Positions 62,801 to 64,000 of a DNA stretch of 64,000 bases are shown piece by piece. The stretch spans positions 70,445 to 134,444 of the forward strand of contig JAYTHE010000029.1 of assembly GCA_043732705.1 (NCBI GenBank), written 5' to 3'. The stretch's first letter is position 1. Every line of letters starts with the position of its first letter. The notes beneath the pieces are model-generated. The model had not been told where the DNA came from and made no database searches. It saw only the letters and a list, made by a program, of their open reading frames with translations. The DNA is from Candidatus Omnitrophota bacterium (GTDB lineage: Bacteria > Omnitrophota > Omnitrophia > Omnitrophales > Aquincolibacteriaceae). Both the position numbers and the translations under genes were made by a program.

Positions 62801-64000
62801 TTAGATTCAGGAGAATTGAAGGGAATGGTTGCTAAATAATAACCCGCAACAATTCTCGCTTTTGCTTCTGAAAATTCTGAAATGTTTTGAAAATACTTCC
62901 TCAAAGCGGCCGGAGACGCACCCATGACTGCCGATAATAATGCGATGGTTTTGGCGCCAAAAATTTCGAAATGCATCAGAATGAGCCCATGATAACCTTC
63001 GAACATTTGTTCTGCGTTAAATCGATTCATCGGGTCATCACTCGCGCCTTGCTGAAGATCAACAACATGCTTTTTAAATTCTTCATATGCCGTTAAAAGG
63101 CTCCCAGCCGACAGATTGTCTTTCACTTCCAAAAGCCTGAAAAAATCTTCGTGGGCGTTTTTTTTGCGCTCGATTCCGGCGGCTTTAAAAAATGGCTCCG
63201 CCTCTTGCACATAGCCGCGAAGCCTTTCGATTTGCAATTTCTCCGAAAAGCGCTCTTCCGAAAAACTTTGACTATGATGATCTTCCGCGATTTTTTTTAA
63301 ATTATTTGTAAGCTGAGCATATTCGACAAGATTCATGATTTTGCTTACCAAGATAGCCAGCTTTGCTAAATGCGGGCCCGCCGCACCCCATCGCCCCCGC
63401 CCTTTGGTTGTTTGGGAAGCGAGATAGTTTTTAACTTGGACATAAGTGACACGCGTACCCAAATTCCGCCATAAACTAAAAAGTGTTTCCAGCTCTTTTA
63501 AAATTAAATCATCACGGGCAGAATGAATATTTAGCTCAGCCAATAAATCTAAGGCGCTATAAATTTCTTCCGTCGTTGGAATCGCTTGCCTCTCCGCGTT
63601 TTTGACAAAAGCAGCCGCTATTTCCACTGTATGGACATGAGCCGAAACAGCTTGAGAACTACTTTGTTTTTGGATTCTTTCACGCATATCCCACGCACGT
63701 TGATACTCACTCTTTTGTTTCCAATTCTTTTCTCCTGGGCCGGCAGATATAACAACGTTCAATGCCTCAAGAATATCCGTATCGCCGGCTTGAATCCTTT
63801 CAGAATAAAGCTTGGCAACAAGATCGCGGGGATCGGGAACATGAATTTGCCGTTCAACTAAATTGCTTCTGTTACCGTAAAACGTCATGGCGCTGACCCA
63901 TGCCGCGACTTGGTCAACTGTCTCGCGCCGCAAACCATTTGCACTTTCCAGAGCAAGCCACTCGGACATCGCGAGCGTTTTAACATAATCATTCTCAGAG
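53833..64000 (-). CDS. Giant modular protein (>3,378 aa, 5'-truncated by window) with RSExR-delimited modules including GT4 glycosyltransferase and Nudix hydrolase
   Basis: Frame stays open to the window end (SENDYVKTLAM); GT4 motifs ARFSKQKNQ, ESLGLMAIEAGAMEVPVV; Nudix box GHVDFGELPIAAAGREAEEEVG. Confidence 0.9.
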   Translation of the reverse strand, partial: SENDYVKTLAMSEWLALESANGLRRETVDQVAAWVSAMTFYGNRSNLVERQIHVPDPRDLVAKLYSERIQAGDTDILEALNVVISAGPGEKNWKQKSEYQRAWDMRERIQKQSSSQAVSAHVHTVEIAAAFVKNAERQAIPTTEEIYSALDLLAELNIHSARDDLILKELETLFSLWRNLGTRVTYVQVKNYLASQTTKGRGRWGAAGPHLAKLAILVSKIMNLVEYAQLTNNLKKIAEDHHSQSFSEERFSEKLQIERLRGYVQEAEPFFKAAGIERKKNAHEDFFRLLEVKDNLSAGSLLTAYEEFKKHVVDLQQGASDDPMNRFNAEQMFEGYHGLILMHFEIFGAKTIALLSAVMGASPAALRKYFQNISEFSEAKARIVAGYYLATIPFNSPESNEVRQYVTAYPEERAHELQTIFNNQTHFDSVEILKRLKIGLFGIDLFEKLDEPKRKQVLAILNEMQSYAGRPDLSGYKRLRFAVQSNDLTWTRTDPKIFALYAMYPTGWHPHDLNQLSAQDLLVYRTLLVHLYMQGQNSDRLYHFLPQMRDWKLENSASPALVSPQLLAALTQHQAAAGQKYGLWPAGIGMMQITYIGYLPTVQTPVFSGKLQELKIKADDTGEFIKEGEFISGSIQNQSKNMPQSFGNLWVVKSLERAKIFKTNGHIWKKIALSKDGGRIYYLHAETGIVVSICVNVRQVEQDRKLYAAEVKKDLQKRKAEEALGDLKLRKKILDAVALYRSKLPAEAETDFPETQSEYGLGFKINPDGYDLLRQWFKDWTGSADWSESDIRWYVYASGIQEILDGWARLPVVRAILHLLQDEGAAIGHSESEFSHAYALKQIDAVIRAEAALREIHLAESPGTVEEWAQKAYAELNKLHASERQFLNILAGQLSPGEQMQQLITAYQFRSEIRGLDSITSPGFVRSESRKKPSKGEAKDIRSLSIAQLKHAIRMMTWGGLIFVFDEALCLLRRQTIGRENYWTWLDWLPDLFVPLSCSLIGYSGGAIFALFKGWVADLRAILLLTNIGVPVAFAIEELVTKWVPVPEWGLGTAYDPKDFIGYGLAAIAANLINRPPRWNEIKALFKEQRTRSEMRLAPPDPGSVPLDPGSSSVSRALFSTQLSHAIKMLGFGGAFLMWDQMLLVLRSQTIGKENYWTWLDWLPDLLFPLSCSLFGYGVTAIIFVYKGWLADLRTALLLSNVGVPLVFALEELMTKYVQLPSAFIWTTYDPKDFIGYGLAAIAANLINRPPRWNEIKSLSKKQNDRSEMRLAPPDPGSVSLDPRSGVVSRSEMRDVDWAYIERVKKTFPEQAANIRKFEKIFLKKDRTALLSAITSNLTSGIAMSPAFQISQQALSFADAILEFSIPSKVVSLEDYYEDKWAWTLMQSFAGGKKAIQFLFDELKPLKDEVWKNAKRNNHWSVAYIEILLEAIYLGQMFSPADRKARDNALAWAAQNLSLEPQRKLAKWYLENPYQRQGRKSVAEHRLLFLHRDTRAQKSNADYSSSAQIEKISFLTKRSRYGFLSDSPVYNIEADTDFKMGDRIIIGTVDALIVLEVSEDTAGGPEMIPVKLLNTQGRPEGKLINVSRDHAIRWKYQKASDRRSESRITEGAVKDFFRELNLLLNTDEIVTGFGPSAYEFSYVIKPKVEVESYYRSSGLPTEQQRILIDRYGRRGIQVGNQSDEMTNYKTEFWIDLDNSNLSFKAIIDLIEGTMDADSGHSNRRDIAAVQSLASGVDAAPDHFEFNQFQPWIEFRKKWDARSEMRRAGSSVRELTIVQVMDWEILRKGGMMTYVHRLNEELTRRYPVRIHIVYRAEKANTVGGELKHGQGTLIFHPISDFESYPNTPLGDFRWMKKIRAVVSEIARSEPVDVIHSHQMNSPFDFALFGIKRIPVVTTNHMPYRLYAGKARWFWPLKWVIRLIFNLAAPWLVPVLVGYTTVALPRLRDSRTRLIKASIDTDFEDPAKVDRAKAREKMLGDKKDRFMIFYPARFSKQKNQPELIEVARILREKRPDFKFQFVLMGPQDENREINLAVAVGIRRENLEDCFQILPAGSPTVVREGYRASDLVVFPTRYESLGLMAIEAGAMEVPVVSYEAEGVDQALSPDAGVFVKQGDREAMAEAILDLADHPEKRRAMGKAGRAFAVQSFSQQANAEKHFALYREMARSEMRNELIVGGDDVGNKQALLKLAERFIHEKIQREENKFLVKWLRFKMPKLEVKDALAEEFSEFLSKQPFAFAYWQPVFEKIKAENANEPARRIVSPQRFVESIPMLAEDLFLHTADYLDRSQTRRIFMQNLIGAFAALTANPAMTAFQIAAKGLLADGQLLQACLMPLWEVVFSAHRSNNHAFQFKGGRAVWFEFLAADIYQHEFELLNSWLKKNYFSIRNTAQWLRSHVPLWKEDEFGRGVFFALNKVGQPTLFATPYMNRGFFPVDSFEPLLQDTLPRLKRIADWLRSLSDETVEYLDLVRHLALRGPFHINFTNQRQEALKAAVRKHMTESEKSTQARQAAPKEGSLSELQWQRDYYQNRMIENLHGRADYEDYKADLEAQRQVEEKIRAFRQQMEALSAEEKKEESLFQGLMDALQQFDLLRQAEPADLILPPSEVRPEKSVRQEGFTSQGLAAPRSEMRQDVLILKGGKMGVESSEAVEGVALTDKHGNILSGRKAKKDEAHKKGFYHMSAHIYFVDSKGRLLFQKRSQNKASSKGKWQVSVNGHVDFGELPIAAAGREAEEEVGIRIDSDRFIPLTKQNGIYREYDLEDGVNREFTTAYLYFVSDAELKKIKENYNLNEIEEFHLVSVNFFETDIWKHPGEYSHTLHYLASPDGKVLFGKIKRAIAKRVRSEARDGEGPRGEPPDRFGVVMTLRPDNSRDEELHNQVASRGLFRPGKRVKVSGIYQFGIIPGVRTQAARFEVSFTAELERDQRKDLSHTGKILKLVRIKINSVDQEAVEIKLKSGVKGNLKMQLKENLASDGARKGFLVHVIPSGDSLQTGFIEPLEIKTAPAVTVPRSESQEVLRNSEDQSFSLVLARLKAASRDTTFTTKSFFAWDAKEKRKTEFNFSKYLDSLVARDQWIYGSDDEKTLADRFHGMKNTELLNDQEVQTLLKTMQDLRGISLEEVLNRMSEDGAMGLVHHVVNPFSRELSLTLMRQVKNPGQQREFSRQSMVNRILIRELIYRWNLPDNAVAADKVLRSEMRTKELIVSPQSQIEVTRMARNIFSVSFVNTMTRSEFSRFYGQYFGAPVLPTVMDKIMKSPADLVVLSPALVHQKGFLQDKRVLGDKLFAIYAENEQQRLEFKNLIEAKGFKGQGLVFVSPQDLAAQTHGKYARRSALMSQDDSSETVTLLRQMGDYRILTDQGIAKLFHSVGLDALAAQIFGVQLTLSAA
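55471..56103 (-). other. Nudix hydrolase module (IPP-isomerase-like subfamily) within giant ORF
   Basis: AHKKGFYHMSAHIYF...LLFQKRS..K...GKW...GHV..GE...REAEEEVGI. Confidence 0.85.
57502..58704 (-). other. Family 4 (GT-B) glycosyltransferase module within giant ORF
   Basis: GGMMTYV, DVIHSH, ARFSKQKN, DLVVFPTRYESLGLMAIEA, MGKAGRAFAVQSFS. Confidence 0.9.
60140..61150 (-). repeat. Tandem duplication (522-bp period) of a membrane module plus linker within giant ORF
   Basis: QTIG.ENYWTWLDWLPDL, YDPKDFIGYGLAAIAANLINRPPRWNEIK, RSEMRLAPPDPGSV each occur twice. Confidence 0.92.

Noticed and set aside
53833-63969. RSEMR Met codons as internal starts of separate genes
   Set aside because: No stops between modules, no consistent Shine-Dalgarno before the ATG, and several motif copies lack Met (RSESR, RSEAR, RSEIR).

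Overview
Bacterial core-genome window, probably PVC superphylum and plausibly Omnitrophota (inferred from the atypical EF-Tu switch I, missing L30 and a giant modular ORF; not verified). 1-34.7 kb (minus strand): one continuous translation/transcription superoperon, tRNA-Thr-tuf-rpmG-tRNA-Trp-secE-nusG-rplKAJL-rpoBC-rpsLG-fusA-S10-spc-alpha clusters, followed by aspC and a compact mfd. 35-49.5 kb (mostly plus strand): gpmA, an F1Fo ATP synthase operon continuing into nuoJKLMN. 49.5-53.8 kb: small membrane/lipoprotein genes, an EVE gene, DUF423 and nuoI. 53.8-64 kb: a >3,378-aa ORF open at the window edge. Two things stand out. (1) The giant ORF consists of unrelated modules (GT4 glycosyltransferase, Nudix hydrolase, duplicated membrane module, unknowns) separated by about 12 copies of an RSE(M/S/I/A)R motif conserved at the DNA level (CGYTCCGAAATGCGN), like an in-frame cassette array or polyprotein. 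(2) About 45 copies of a 22-29 bp hairpin element with fixed arms (CTCTG...CAACCG) and a variable but paired inner stem fill most intergenic spaces and occur in-frame inside several essential genes.
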